In this document: piece by piece, positions 36,981-51,393 of the stretch | How the letters are laid out: each line of letters begins with the position of its first letter | How positions within the stretch are numbered: the first letter of the stretch is position 1 | Source: Octopus vulgaris | Lineage: Eukaryota | Direction of reading: 5' to 3' | NCBI GenBank assembly: GCA_951406725.2 | Contig: OX597815.1 | Location: 127,038,001 to 127,102,000 of the forward strand | Length of the DNA stretch: 64,000 nucleotides | Translations under genes and position numbers: made by a program | Notes under the pieces: generated by a model | The model's input: only the letters and a program-made list of their open reading frames with translations | Told to the model about the DNA's origin: nothing | Databases searched by the model: none

Positions 36981-38617
36981 TATCTAGACTAAATCAGGAA
37001 AGAAACAAAATAAAACAAAACAAAAATTTTAAGAACTGAAATTCAATAAGGACACACAATTGGCTGGCAATTTATGTGACTGATATTTTATGAAGCCTGG
37101 TCAGATTGGATGCTATTTATAATTCGTCAGAACTGTAAATCACTATTTACACAGGATTTCTGTATGGAATCCATACAACTTTTATGAAAGAAATGATAAC
37201 ATTGTAACAATTCAATTGTTGAACACATTCCTTTATTAAACCAGAGTTTTAACAAAAAGAAAAATAATCTCTACAGAGCAAAACTAAATTTTCATGAAGG
37301 AAATTTATTCAATAACTTTATAGTACAAGATGTGCTTTTTTTTCTTTTTGCTTATGATGTTTTTTTTTTGTTGCTTTTTCTTCGTTAAATAGCTTCGGGT
37401 ATTTAATAATACTGAAAAGTTACTTCTATAGATTTTTTTTTATCAATTATTTTCAGTGTTTATTTATTTTAGGGAAAATATTTGAGGCAAATTTAACTCA
37501 AGCCTGAAGGATGTATTTCAAGTGAAATTTTAATCCGTCTCTCTACCTGCCTGCCTCTCTGTCGATCAATCTATTTATCTATACCTATTTATGTGTGTGT
37601 GTGTGTGTGTTGTGCATGCTTCAGCATAGTTTCCATTTACCAGGTTCACTTACAAGACATTCTAAAAAATTAGTTGAGATTGTAAAAATAAAGAGTAAGA
37701 ACTTGATGCTGAAGGATATAATGATGAAATGGCACAGCTTGCATCTGCTAAAAAATTGTCTGATTAGGAACAAGAGTTGTCATATGTACCTGCTGCTACA
37801 CTAATTATTTCAGTTTCTACTTTGTGCATATAAGACAAATCCTAGTCATACTAATATTTCAATGGCGTAAGGAAACCCATAATGTGCTGTTAAATAACTT
37901 GAACACACGTTTCCAACTAAACATGTCACTTACTTAAATAGGTTTGTCCAAATAACTGCAAGTGCAACCAATGCTTTAGAGAGGAAGATATTTACATTTG
38001 ATATAAAACGTTCTCTAGAGTACAAGAACTGCTACTATAACTCCAGATTATTTTGTTATCTCTTATAAAATTAGTAGCAGTAGCAGTTCTTGTACTCTAG
38101 AGAACATTGGGCAGCAAGGTGACACCACTGGTTTCTGTTGGCTGCACTTTCCTCTGCATCGAACCATGTGACATAGACCTTTCTCATGTTAGGTATCAAT
38201 ATTCTTGTGCCATGCAGTCTTCAGTTTTCTTCTTTTACCCCCCAGTGGTATCCATTTGAAAGTTGTTTTACAATGGCAGTGTTCTGATAGCCAGAGTGTG
38301 ACTTGCTAGTTTTAATCTCCATTCTATGATGATTTCAGTATGTGGTCTTGTCTTGGCTCATTAGAATGTTATATGGTCTTGCAATATGTTCTCTGAATCC
38401 TTCTCAAGCTACTTTGGTGGAACAGATCAAGCTTACTGTTGATTTTCATGGTTCTCTTCCATGTTCTATCACAATTCTTCTTCACTGTAGTTTATTCATT
38501 AAGTGTATGCTTCTTTCATAATATATCACATTGAGTAAATTACCTGACTGTAGATTATTTTATGCAAGCCATTCCTTGAAATACATCAACGATATCACAG
38601 TTGTGTTGAGTAAGATT

Positions 38618-39762
38618 TACAGCCCAACAAAAAAAAAATTTTCTGTTGTCAAAATATTTGGAGCTGAAGTAGGGGATTTTTGACACACAGAATCCAAAAA
38701 TGACATCCATTTAATACCATCACATCAGATCCATTGATTTACATTTTTTAAAAAATAAAACAGCTTATCAAGAACAAGGCATAACATGGAAATTAATTAC
38801 TCTACAAAACCAAAATGTTTTCTTAAAATCTTACTGAAAACTAGTAAAATTCTTGAAATTTCTACAAACAAATTACATAATTGTTTACATCTAATTTCCT
38901 ATGAATTTGATGTTGGAAGATCACAGACCAAGTTCCAAAATCAGTCAGCTATTATTTGGAAGTCCCATCTGCTTTGATACCTGTGTTCTATTGATTCTTT
39001 TGTCCTAATAGAAACATTCTCTCTGCTCATCACTAGTGTCACCAAGATTTTTAGGGAATTTATCAAGGTGAATGTAGAGTGCAACTTCATGCACATATTT
39101 GCTCCCAACTTTTGAGAGCTTTGCAACATGTTGTTGACTATTCTGAGATAGTTGAATGCATTCTTGTTGTCCAGAAAATCATTTACAACTATTACAAATG
39201 AATTCCATGCTGTTATTTCAATGAAATTTATTGAATTTACAAAGATCCCATCTTTTGTCAATTTTCTGATTTGAGGCCCATCAAATACTCTAGTTTTTAT
39301 TGTTTAGCACACTGCTCAAACCAGGAAATGTGCTACAGATATAAAAGCATGGCCTATCTTTATCTAGAGCTTTAACAAACTGCTTCATAATGCCAAATTT
39401 GATAAGAAGCAGAGGTAGGTGATTTTTTTCTATGTTGAACTAAAAGCTCTTCAACCACATCAAAAGACCCTGGAACTGATGTTTGCAGCAGTCATTCTTT
39501 AATCACACAACATTTTCCTCCTGGATCTGCTGTCCCACATACATGATAAGCATGGATATTTGGTGTATCCATTTTGTTGCCCTAGGAGAAAATTGACCAT
39601 CTTAAACTCTATGTATATTACCTACTAATGACTGAGGATTTTGGGTATCTTGAAATTTAAATGTGATGGTAAAAAATGGATTTCACTTTTGGATTCAGCA
39701 TATCAAAAAAATCTTCAATTCAGGTAAAAACAACCAAACAACAAAATACTTGTTGGGTTGTG
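38618..39762 (-). mobile_element. Chapaev3/CMC-like DNA transposon remnant
   Basis: Termini yACArCCCAACAA with subterminal inverted blocks; peptide fragments IKFGIMKQFVKAL, FDGPQIRKL, AWNSF...FL, KLGANM.MKLH, EHRYQSRW. Family name is from recollection. Confidence 0.7.
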
Positions 39763-40838
39763 TTATTGGCTGTTGTTATTTTAACCTGTTTTATTACAAT
39801 GTTTCTGTTGAAATACAATGGCTTTTGATTCAATTATTTTTGAAAATAATAAAGACTTAATAGTGAAATAATTTTATCGGTATTAGGCTGGTGTTTGGAA
39901 TGTAAATTAACATGGAGTTTTTGGGAAAAGCTGTAATTTCAACTACTTTAGAACAGGAAGTGTGTATCATAGAATCAGGCAAGTTGGTACCAAAAGGTTT
40001 AATATTGTTACACATGTGAAATTCATTGGCTGTGAAGTAAGCATATTTGATCCATCAATTAAGTGTCCAAATGAAAAAGACAGTATAAAAAAATAGGGGT
40101 GCCAGAATGTATAGAGTAAACTCATCCTTGTAGCCTTTGTAATTTCAAAACAAAATTCCTTACAAATTATGTGTCTAATGTAACAATCATAAAATATCTG
40201 CTTCATGATTCATACCCAATTCTACTATCCTTTATGGTATATGATATAATGAAAATGTTTAGTAACCAGCTTTTGATATTTTTATCCCCTACTTTGACCC
40301 TTATATAATGGATTTATTTAGTTATTTTTGTAAGATCTTAAAAATTAGTTAAATGATGACATCACACAATTTATAAGGTAAAAGTAAAACAAAACATTAT
40401 GCAAACAACTTTTAACTCTTTATATGGTAATTGCCTTAAAGTTTTTGACAGTTTATTTTTTATCTCCATTACAATAAATATTTTACAAACATATTTCACA
40501 AAAATAGATTTGCATTGTAAAAGGATTTCAGTACCATAAAGTGTAAGTTAGTAGCCAACAAAATGTATATAGATAAAAGTTCATACACATACAGATATTT
40601 TACTTGTTAAGCACCAGTGAAACATTGGGGACAATGTAATCGACTAGTCCCCTCCCAACAAATTTCAGGACTTGTGCCTTTAGTAGAAAGGATTATTATT
40701 TCTTTCTATTTCTTTTTGGTACCAGTGAAAAGAATTGAGTCAGCATATTAGTGATATCTTCTAATGAAATCTGCTATCCATAGATATGTCTTTTATTCTG
40801 AGTATTTTTTTCAAGTCAACAGCAACAAAAACACATAG

Positions 40839-40900
40839 CTAATCATCCAGTACACTGTCGAGCCAATCTTCCAATGAAGATGTTGCAGCACTAACATATT
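40839..40900 (-). CDS. AVEN: Aven-like gene, terminal coding exon
   Basis: CTTTTCAG| acceptor, phase 1; encodes YVSAATSSLEDWLDSVLDD-stop, matching the Aven C-terminal LEDWLDS motif; AATAAA on the minus strand at 40792-40797. Confidence 0.9.
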
Positions 40901-42704
40901 CTGAAAAGACATAATATTTAAAATATGATGGTATTTTTTGATTTAGGAGGCAAATATTTACAAACATACAAAACACAAGTGTCTGGAGAGTAAGTGGTAA
41001 AAATTAATAAACACATGTGTGAAGGTGTACTTGTGTGCATGTATATTAAAAGTAAAAGGTGAAAATGCTTTGAGAATGTTATCATAAATAAAAGGAGAAT
41101 ATTTACATTTTTATCCAAATATGCTACCAGTTTCAATTGTTTAAGATAATTTAGGGAAAATAAGCTGAACTAAATTAATCTTTCCTGAGCACAGTTTTGA
41201 AAGTTCTTGTTTTTCTGACAAACTTCATATGGTCATGGTTATTAGTCTCCTTCTGATGGCTGCTGGGTCATCATACTGTAAAGATGCATGTAATCTGCAC
41301 ACCTGTGTAATTTACACAGGTGATTTTCAGGATAAAAATTGTTAATAAAAAGCTACTACTAGTGTAAAATTCACACCCAAAAGTTTTCAGAATTGCTGAT
41401 ATGGCCAGGAAAAAAAAGGTTTTCAATTTAGTTGTATATAGCATAACTTCACTTACTTATGATTAGATTTTATTAAATTTTCATTAAATAAAAATAATTT
41501 CTGTTTAACAGGTATCACATTGAAAGCTATTAAATTACGAAAGTGTTTGAGTCATTTATAATAAACTTTATTTTACATTTCTTGCCCACAAGAGATTATG
41601 TCTGATCTTTAGCATACTTCTGTATGTCTTCTTAAATGACAATCACAGGAAAAGTTGTTGATAAGAATTATCAACAAAAACAAAGCTGATAAATATGCAC
41701 AAGTGTTGCAAAATAAGTTTAATTACCAATAAACATCAGCTAGGATGACACTTTACTCAACCAACAGAGTAAGGTGACTGATCGAACTGATTATGTAAAC
41801 AAAATTCTGACTAGTCGAAAATGTCTTCTTGTCTCAAGCTCTCATTTTCGGCCTATTCTTGTCAGAACCTTTGATACTGAATATCAAAATTTTAATCCCT
41901 TTCACACTTGTAAAATGTCAAGCAAACTTAAAAATTTGTCATTACCATTTTAGCTGGGAGACCAAACTCATAGTTTGGTAACCCACTAAAATAAACATAA
42001 AAAATTAAAATGAGAAAATAAACAGCTTTGCAAGTTTAACTCAGTGTTTACTGAACAAGAGAGGTGTGAAATTTAAGATATATATCATCATTTAACATCT
42101 GTTTTCCATGCTGGTATGGGTTGGACGGTTCAACTAGAGTCTGGGAAGCCAGGAGGTGGCACCAGGCTCCAGTCTGATCTGGCAGTGTTTCTACAGCTGG
42201 ATGCCCTTCCTAACGCCAACCACTCCATGTGTAGTGGGTGCTTTTTATGTGCCATCAGCACAGAGGCCAGGAGGCTGGCAACAACCACAATCGGTTGGTG
42301 CTTTTTACGTGCCACCAGCATGATATATATATATATATATGGCTACCTTACTAGTGCCAGTATACATCATAGAGTGGTTGACATTAGGAAGGGCATCCAG
42401 CTGTAGAAACCATGCCTAAACTGACAGCAGAGCTTGGCCCTGGGACTTGCTGGACCCTGTCAAACCAGCCAAATAAAACCATCATGAAAAACAGATGCAG
42501 CAGATTTCTTAGTCAAATTTCCTTCTTGACTCCAAGCCTAACTCATTTCCAAACAAAGCAATATTTCCCCATAGACAGACATATTTATCACAGAAGAATG
42601 GAAATGAATGGCATCACTTGCACAACAGTAACACACATTTATAACCATCATATAATGTCAAAACAAAAACACACACACACACACGTGTGCATGCATATGT
42701 ATAA

Positions 42705-43072
42705 TGGGTGGAGGTGCAGTGGCCCAGTGGTTAGGTCATGGGATTGGGGTTTGATTCCCAAACCAGGCATTGTGAGTGTTTATTGAGCGTAAACACCTAA
42801 AGCTCCATGAAGCTCCAGCAGGAGGTGGTGGTGAAACCTGCAGTATTCTTTTGCCACAACTTTCTCTCATGCTTTCTTCCTGTTTCTGTTATACCTGTAT
42901 TTTGAAGGACCAGCCTTGTCTCACACTGACATGCTGAATCTCCCTGAGAACTACACAAAGGGTACCTGTATCTATGGAGTGTTCAGCCACTAGCACGTTA
43001 ATTTCATGAGCAGGCTGTTCTGTTGATTGGATCAACTGGAAAGTTCGTCGTTGTAACCGACGGAGTGCCACA
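42705..43072 (+). mobile_element. tRNA-derived SINE family C
   Basis: A-box TGGCCCAGTGGTTAGG and B-box-like GGTTTGATTCCC followed by a distinct body. Confidence 0.6.
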
Positions 43073-44294
43073 ATAATGGACTTCTTTCAATTTGCATTCA
43101 TCAAATTCACTAAAGTGGCTTTGGCTGACCTGTAAAGTAGAAGATAACTGCTAAAAGTGCCACAAAGTGCACCGTGTGGTTACAAAGTGAATTTCTTCAC
43201 CATGCATTAATACTGGTTTCTAAAATTATAACCAGAAACTTTCTTTTCAGCTTTACACTTTGTTTTAAAGTTAATCATGAAGAACAAGTCGAAGCAGAGC
43301 CTATGACTATTGTGCACTTTGAAACTAATGTGGTTGGTGTTGGATTTGAATATCTGTAGGTCAGTGTCTGCAAGCAAAACATGGGTAGACAGGAAAGGAG
43401 TTATAGAGAGTTACAGTTGTATGAAGTAGGAATATATTAGGACTGACATCAGAAAGAGAGACAAATGCATCAAGGGTGAAGGAAATATGCAGAGAGTTTA
43501 GAGGTACAAAGTGGAAGAAGGTGCAAAGAGAGGCAACTGCGATTCTATGAGCCAGTGATTGAAGCATGTTTATGAGTGGTTCACTGACAATCAGATAGAC
43601 TGGCCATATCTTTTCAGTGCAGTTTAAAGTGTTTATATGCATAACAAAAGCAGTGTTCTAGATATGTACATATTACTCCAATATATATATATGTCAAACT
43701 CTACACTAGATTATGACAGCTATGGCATGTTAACAAAAACCTATTTTAATTGCATGCATCTACTATAGCCCTGGGCCAACAAAAGCTAAGTGGTTAGTGG
43801 ATCTGGTAGACAGAAACTAAAAAAAAAAAAGACCCATCATATGTGTGTGTGCACGCAGACTATGTTTACATCAGCCACTCATTTATATGCAAGCCACAAC
43901 ATTCATATAGTATTCTTTTTGACACTTCTGTCAAACTGCCCACTCACTTTGTACCTTTGAAGCTGTGTGGAACAAAAGATCCCTCATCCTTGAAAAAGAG
44001 CTAAGGCTCAGCATCAAAAAGGGCATCTAACTGTAAAACATATGCCTCTAATTCATACTAACATGGAAAAACAAATGTAAAGACAAACCTTCCAAGTTTG
44101 TATTAACTAACATCTTGAACAGCCTGTAACATGGAAGAATTCAATCACACTTAACAATTTATATTTGAAATAAACGTTTATGGAAGCTTTGTGTCAAATA
44201 TTTTTATATTGAGAAAGTTGCCTAAGATTTTCATACAAAAATCATTAAACAAATGCAAGTGAATTGTTTTGAAGGTCAATACAAAATTACATAC

Positions 44295-44411
44295 GCTTTT
44301 CCGTTTTCTTAGGTAAAGTTTCTGGGCCATTAATCTGTGCTAATTCTTCATCCTTGGATTGTTTACAGGATGTATCATTCTGCATTAATTGCTGATTGCC
44401 CATATTTACAT
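44295..44411 (-). CDS. AVEN: Aven-like gene, probable coding exon 5 (117 nt, phase 1-1)
   Basis: ATATAG| acceptor after a pyrimidine tract; open frame DVNMGNQQLMQNDTSCKQSKDEELAQINGPETLPKKTEK; C|GTATGT donor; phases fit the neighbouring exons. Not in the ORF track. Confidence 0.65.
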
Positions 44412-44635
44412 CTATATTGGTAGAAATAAATAGCAATATAAAAAATGAACATTACAAAAAGAGAAAGCAAAATAAACAAACCAACAGCTTTAAAAGAAAT
44501 CAATAAGCAGTAAGGTAACAGTATATTTAATGTTAAATTTTATAGTTTTGGGTAATTCCTGTTGCATTTTAAAATATAAAAGACGTTTAGGAGTTAAACA
44601 ACAAAACTAAAATCATTGTCATTGTTGTTGATTTA

Positions 44636-45905
44636 TTGGGTTGGTTAAAAAGTTTGTAGCATTTTTTAAGTAAAATTCATTAACAATATTAAGATAGTTG
44701 TACATACTTTTACTCAACCACATATTTCCCATTTTGTTCCACTGGCTTTCACCATCTTTGAGGCAGCTTCATGATCCCATCCTGCCTGAACTTGGCATCT
44801 TTCTGGGTCATGAAATGGTCTAAGTAGTTTTTACACTCTTTTAAAGAATTGAAGCTCTTCCCATTAAGAGAATTTTGCAAGGATCGGAATAAATGATAAT
44901 CTGAAGGTGCAAAGTCAGGTGAGTATGGTAGGTGGGGTAGGACATCTCACCCAAGCAACACCAATTTCTGCCTGGTCTGCAAAGAAACGTGCAGTTGAAC
45001 TTTGTCCTGTTGCAAAACAACACCTTTTCAGTTGGCCAATTCTGGACGTTTTTCATCAATTGCTTCCTTTAATCAGTCTAAGTGGAAACAATGATAGTCT
45101 GAATTTAACATTTCATTGTCTGATTTTGTGGAAGCAGCTCATAATATGCAATACCCTTCCAATCCCACCAGATACAGAGTATCCCATTCTTCAGATACAG
45201 ACCAACTTTTGAAAAGATTGAAGGCGGTTTATCTTGTTTTCCCTAGGACCTTTTCCATTTTATGTTGTTGTAAATAATCCATTTCTCATCACACATGATC
45301 ATTCTTTTCAAAAGTGGACCGTTTTTGTTTCATCTGAGCACAAAATCACAGATGAAATGCACTCTATTAAGATTTTTCCATTTAATTATGGGGCGTCCAA
45401 ACATCATGGTGATTCATGTAACCAACTTTTTTTAAATGCTTTATAATACTCACTTGAGATATGTGAAGAATTTCTGTCTTGCATTGTGTAACATGGACTA
45501 TTTTTTTATAAAAGTCTCTGTTCATTATCAATGACTGGAGGCCTGCTAGAATGTTCACAATTCAAAATTTTTGGTTCTAAACCTAGCAAAGCACTTATGA
45601 GCACCGCTTTCAGCTATGATACCATCTCTATAGACGAGTGCATATCTTCTTTGCTGTTTGTGCAGCATTTTTGCCTCTCCAGAAAGAAAAGAGCATTAAA
45701 TGATGGAGAGGTATTTAATTTTCTTTCATTTTCAATTTTATCATAAGAACAGCATAAAATAATCCACACAAAAAATTCAAATAGAAAAATGTATTGAGAT
45801 CCCCTCTTTCAGAAAATATATGTTATATTCTTGTCACGTGATAAACAAATCACATGATTAAACATTCCCAATTGTAAAATGCTACAAACTCTTTTACTAA
45901 CCCAA
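44636..45905 (-). mobile_element. Degraded mariner transposon of near-unit length (1270 bp) in an Aven intron
   Basis: TIRs TTGGGTTrGTwAAArAGTTTGTAGCATTTT, TA flanks; transposase motif PYSPDFAPSDYHLFRSLQNSL on the minus strand. Confidence 0.9.
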
Positions 45906-47809
45906 TACATTCACTTTTCATGCTGGCATGGGTTAATTCAGTCACTTTTATTCTTCTAGATGGGTCAGGTAATCTCATCTCACTTCTAAGTTTCCTTTCG
46001 AGATTCATTTCTGTGGTTGGCTGCCCTTCCTAATACCAACCATTTAATAGAGTGTACTGGATGCACTATTTTGTAGCACAAGTAATACAGAAGTTGGTAT
46101 ATCCTCAAAATGACCAAAGGGTCTTCATAGCGGTATACTTTAACAGAGTGTACTGGGTTCATTTTATTATGACACCAGTGATAGAAGTGAGAGAGCAATA
46201 GCTAGCAAGAGGTGGATAAATGACAAAAGTGAACGACAGGTACTGGTACCAAATAGCTAGTGGGGAGTATAGGTAAGGTATATGAGGTACATACATTTCT
46301 CCCTTTCTCCAGTCTGTACTCATTGCCACTGCATTCTAAGATAGAAGAAAATAGTGACTGAACAATCATTAGAAACAGATCTGGTCTTAGCTTGTGGTTG
46401 CTAGTGAGTACATGCTGCTGACAGAGGCCTGAGAGGCAGAAATGTGTATCTAGCATTTTTAAAACTGCTGCTGTTTGATTTTCATTCGCCATTGATATTC
46501 TTCTCATCATCATTTAACGTCCATTCTCCATGTAGACATGAGGTGGATGGTTTGACAGGAGCTGGCCAACTGGAGAGCTGTCCATTCTCCAATTGTCTAT
46601 TTTGGCATGGTTTCTATGGCTGGATGCCCTTACTAACACCAACCACTTTACAGAGTGTACTGGCTGCTTGTTATGTGGTACCAGCATGGGTGCTTTGTAG
46701 TGGCACTGACATGGGTCCATTTTATGCAGAATGGAAACATTTTATGTAGAACAGGTACATTTTATGTGGCACTAGTACAGGTGCTTCATACATGGCACCG
46801 GCATGAGTGCTTTTTATGTGGTACCAGCATGCATGCTTTTTACATGTTTTAAACAGTGTGGTCATAGGAGATACCATTTTCAGGTGAATACTGCAGCTAA
46901 ATTGCTTTTTTGCCAATGCATATGCATTAAGTATGATACATAGATGGCTGTTTTAAACAAATATGGCTTCTGCTGCAAATAACATATTTATGTCTTTTAT
47001 TTTTTTACTAGTTTCAGTCATTCAACTATAGCCATACAGAGGCACCGCCCTGAGGAATTTTAGGTCAATGAATCAACCCCAGTATTATTTTTAAGCCTAG
47101 TACTTATTCACATCAGTTACTTTTGCCAAACCACTAAGTTATGAGGCTGTAAACATCCCAACACCAGTTGTCAAGTGGTGGTGGGGAACAAACAGATAGA
47201 TAGAAAAAGACAGACACATACATACAGATATATGATGGCCTTCTTTTGCTTTCCTTCTACCAAATCCATTCACAAGGCTTTGGTTGGCCCTAAGGAAGCA
47301 AATTCATTGGCCACAGACTTCATTCATAACCCAGTTTCACATCCCTATGAGAGCCTTTAGCAGAGTTCATTTTATTTTCTACTAACAGCTCAAGGCCTGA
47401 AATTTGGGGTGAGAGAGAAAGTCGATCTCATTGACCCCAGTGTGTAACTGGTACTTATTTTATCAACCTTGAAAGGATAAAAGGCAAAGTCAACCATGGC
47501 AGAATTTGAACTCAGAACGTAGTGGCAGACAAAATACCGCTAAGCATTTTGCCCAGAGTGCTAACGATTCTGCCAGCTCGCTGCCTTTTTAGCAGAGGGC
47601 ATTTGGTTGCAGTCACACAGGTGAGCTTTCCAGTTTAAGGATATCTTTCCCTCAACTCCCACCAGTGTTATGGGCACTGCCTGCCCTCCTGACTTAAAAG
47701 ACAAAAACTGAGATGTGGCTGTGTAGCTAAGAAGGTCACTTTGCAACCACAAGGTTTCAGGTTCAGTCCCACTGCACTGGACCAAACAATACATGTGAGT
47801 GCATTTGGT

Positions 47810-48950
47810 AGAAGGAAACTGTGTGGAAGTTCACATGTCCATACCAGTGCAGTTGTATCTCTTGCACACCACATCTGATGCCTCTTATGCCCAACTTTTC
47901 TCTCAAGACACTTACACTCTGTCATGCATACACACTGACATTGCACATCCAGCAGAGCATAGTAACTTCATTTCTTTCAAGCCTCTGCATGTCCTCTGCA
48001 GTCACAGCCCATGTAACATGGCTGTTTGCACACAGGCATCATACAATCTGCTTTTCACTCTGAAGGAGAGACGCTTTGCTACCAACAGAGGTAAAGTTCT
48101 CTGAACTTCACCTAGCCTATTCTTATTCTAGCAGCAATGCTCTCAGAGCATGTACCTCTGCTACTGATTTGATCACCAAGACAATAGAAGCTATCAACTA
48201 CTTCTAGTTTTCTCCCCTTGACATTTGATGGAGTCTATTTTCTGTACATTTTTGGTGTTAATTGTAGCTGTGCACCTTCCACACACAAAATCTATTTTCA
48301 CTGCTAACCTTCTACAGGTATTGCTACACCTCTTATGTGTCCCAGATAAGGGAGTGGAGACCCTGTCAAAGGCTTTCTTCATACCAATAAAAGCCAGGTA
48401 CAGGGGTTTATTTTTGGCTAGATATTTCTCCTGTAGTTGCCTAACCAGGAATATAGCATCAGTCATGCTCTTTCCTGGCACAAATCCAAACTGCATCTCA
48501 TTTACACTAACTCTCTTCCTAATTAATTCTGTGACTTTCATCACCTGGTTCAGCAATTTGATGCCTCTGTAGTTATTCCTGTCTAAGGTGTCACCTTTGC
48601 CTTTATAGCAGTTGACTATAATGTTGCAACACCAATAGTTGAGGATGACTCCCTCGTGGACAACATGATTAACTATATGGGTGACTAGGCTATATACTAC
48701 TCCACCAGATATTATAAGTGTCTCAGCAATGATTCCTGATGAGCCAGGAGCTTTCCCTGTCTTCATATCCTTAATTGCTTTATCTACCAAGTTACTAACA
48801 ATTTGGCTTAGCTGGTCCCTCAGTTGGGTCAACACTTGGCAGATTCTCTTTCTCTCATTCATCCTCCACATTTAGCAGCCTTTTATGTTGGCATTTCCAA
48901 GCCTGTTTCTTTGCAGAATCATTAAATGCAAGTGTACCATCATCCATGTG
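47810..48950 (-). pseudogene. RTE-clade LINE RT fragment in an Aven intron
   Basis: MKTGKAPG, NNYRGIKLL, QFGFVPGKSMTDAIFLVRQLQEKY, KKAFDRV; internal deletions. Confidence 0.9.
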
Positions 48951-48951
48951 G

Positions 48952-48988
<37 letters not shown>

Positions 48989-49378
48989 GGTGAAGCTGCA
49001 TGCCACTACTCATTAACCTGTGTTGGCTTGTTTATATCTCTGTAACTTAGAGGTTTGGCAAACAAGACTGATAAAATAAGTAACTCTAAAAAATAAGTAC
49101 TGGGGAGTTGGTTTGTTAAACTAACCCCTTGAAAGCAGTGCTCCAGCATGGCTATGGTACACTGACTGAAAATAGTAAAAGAAAAAAGAAATGACCTTTC
49201 ATACAGTTTACATCAATCATTTTCCCTGACAAGGCATTGAGGTAATGTTAGAAGACACTTGCCAAAGGAGTTGCACAATGAGATAGAAGCTGAAACTACA
49301 TAAAACAAATTCCACGTGCAACCAGCACCTGAAAAAAAGAAAGTGGAAAGAAACCAGTAAAGTGAGAAAGAAAAATAC

Positions 49379-49736
49379 CTGTTTTCGAACTGCCCATTGA
49401 TAAAAGTGCATCAACTTCAGTCTCACACTGCGTTAGAACAATGTCAGAAGTTTTACAGTCATTCTCATTAGAAGTTTGTTTTGGTTCGACTATATTTGCA
49501 GATTTATCTTGATTCTCATTTAGATCTGTTTCCCCTGTGGTTTCAATACAATGTTTCAGATCAATGTGCCATTTCTCATCAGTTTCAGGAACCTGAAATC
49601 CAGTTGATAATATAGTCTCAATTGTTTTATGACTAAATACAGGCAGTGACTCTTGAAGTATGGTACTGCCAGAATCTGGCACATATTTGGCTTCCTCGGC
49701 AGCTGCTGCAGTACAGAAAGCATCAATCTGATCTGG
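49379..49736 (-). CDS. AVEN: Aven-like gene, coding exon 4 (acidic, variable region)
   Basis: TTTCAG| acceptor, phase 0; 358 nt open (PDQIDAFC...VDALLSMGSSKT); G|GTATTT donor, phase 1. Confidence 0.8.
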
Positions 49737-51393
49737 CTGAAATAAATGAACAAACAAACAACAATTACGAATTCTTCATAATAAATAAAAACATTTTGGG
49801 AGAAAACAATTTCCTTAATGCTGCTTTATATGTTTACTATGGATGGTTTTTAGGTTTAAATGATAATGGGTGATAGGGATCCTATAATCTTATCATATAG
49901 TGAAACTGTACACTCCTCCCAGTGAAAGTGGAAGTAGCCAGTCATTATAAATAGACCAGTAGCCAGTTGACAGAAAGGTGAGAAGGCCGAGAGTACATGT
50001 AGACTGTGCTGATAGTCATGTCTGTGCTTCGGAATATAACAATATCTGTCAGAATGACAACAGTCATCAAAAGACAGATACATCATTATCATAGTTTAAT
50101 GTCCACTTTCTATGTTGGCATGGGTTGGATGGTTTGACTGGGGACTGGTGAGCCAGATGGCTGCACCAGGCTCCAATCTGATCTGGCAGAGTTTCTACAG
50201 TTGGATGCCCTTCCTAATGCCAACCACTCCAAGAGTGTAGTGGGTGATTTTACATGCCACCGGCATGAGAGCCAGTCAGGTGGTACTGGCAACGGCCAGG
50301 CTCAAATGGTGTTTTTACGTGTCACCTGCATAGGAGCCAGTCCAGTGGCACTGGCAACGCCCTCGCTTGAATGTTTTTTTCATGTACCACAGGCACAAAT
50401 GCCAGTAAGACAATGCTGGTAATGATCACACTTGAATGGTGCTTTTTACGTACCACTGGCATGGGGGCCAGTCAGTGGCCCTGACAACAATCACGCTCAG
50501 CTGGTGATCTTAGCGCTCCACTAGCACGGGTGCCAGACATGTGGTGCTGTCATCAAATGGCAAAAGATCACAAATCTATAGGAATACCAATAAAAACATT
50601 ATTCTCACTTGTTGAATGTAGAGCAGTCATGGGCCACAGGTGGCCCTAGGAACTTTCAGAATAGCACAACTGGCAAAAAATTACTTTCACTTTTTTTTTA
50701 TTAGTGTGGCCCACCTGATAATGAGCAATGTGTTATATGGCTCCTAAATCATTTTGATAAAATCTACCCATCAACAAATTATATCTTTTATAAGAATTAT
50801 TGCAAACTTAAGCAAGTTTTGAGTTCAGTTCCAATACACAACACTTTGGGAAAGTGTCTTCTACTGTAGCCCTAGGCTGACTAAAGCCTTGAGTGGAGTT
50901 AATTCTCAGAACCTGGAAGAAGCTGTTGTAATCATGTGTGTATCATCACCATCTGTTGTCGATGCTGGCATGGGTTGGACAGTTTGACTGGGCTGGCACG
51001 CTGGAAGGTTGTGCCAGGATCCAGTCTGATTTGGCATGGTTTTCTATGGTTGGATGCCCTTCCTAACGCCAACCACTCAGAGTGTAATGAGCGCTTCTAT
51101 GTGCCACCAGCACGAGTGCCATTTGTGTGATACTGGTATCTGTCATGCCTGCGATTTTTCTCACCTTGATGGGTCTTCTTCTCAAGCATGACATGATGCC
51201 AAAAGTCTTCGTCATTCCCTCTGTGAAGCCCAACACTCGAAAGGAGCTTAGCCACTTTTCCTCCATGAGGCCCAATGCTCGAAAGGAACTCAGCCACTTT
51301 GCCTCTGTGAGGCCTAATAATGTAGTTGCATAAAAATATATTTACATAAAAAGGTATCTTCAATGTTCTTTCTAAGATAAAATATTTCAATAA

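Noticed and set aside
41300-41322. Short perfect palindrome CACCTGTGTAA-T-TTACACAGGTG with two E-boxes
   Set aside because: Too short to distinguish from chance or a tiny transposon scar without conservation data.
43355-43640. Minus-strand ORF with LQSLAHRIAVASLCTF as a possible Aven exon
   Set aside because: It resembles the C-terminal motif of Jockey/CR1-group LINE ORF2, so it is a decayed LINE end, and it is not needed for the gene model.
47710-47785. tRNA-like A/B box sequences (also at 24293, 42705, 54110)
   Set aside because: No complete cloverleaf; they are SINE heads followed by SINE bodies.
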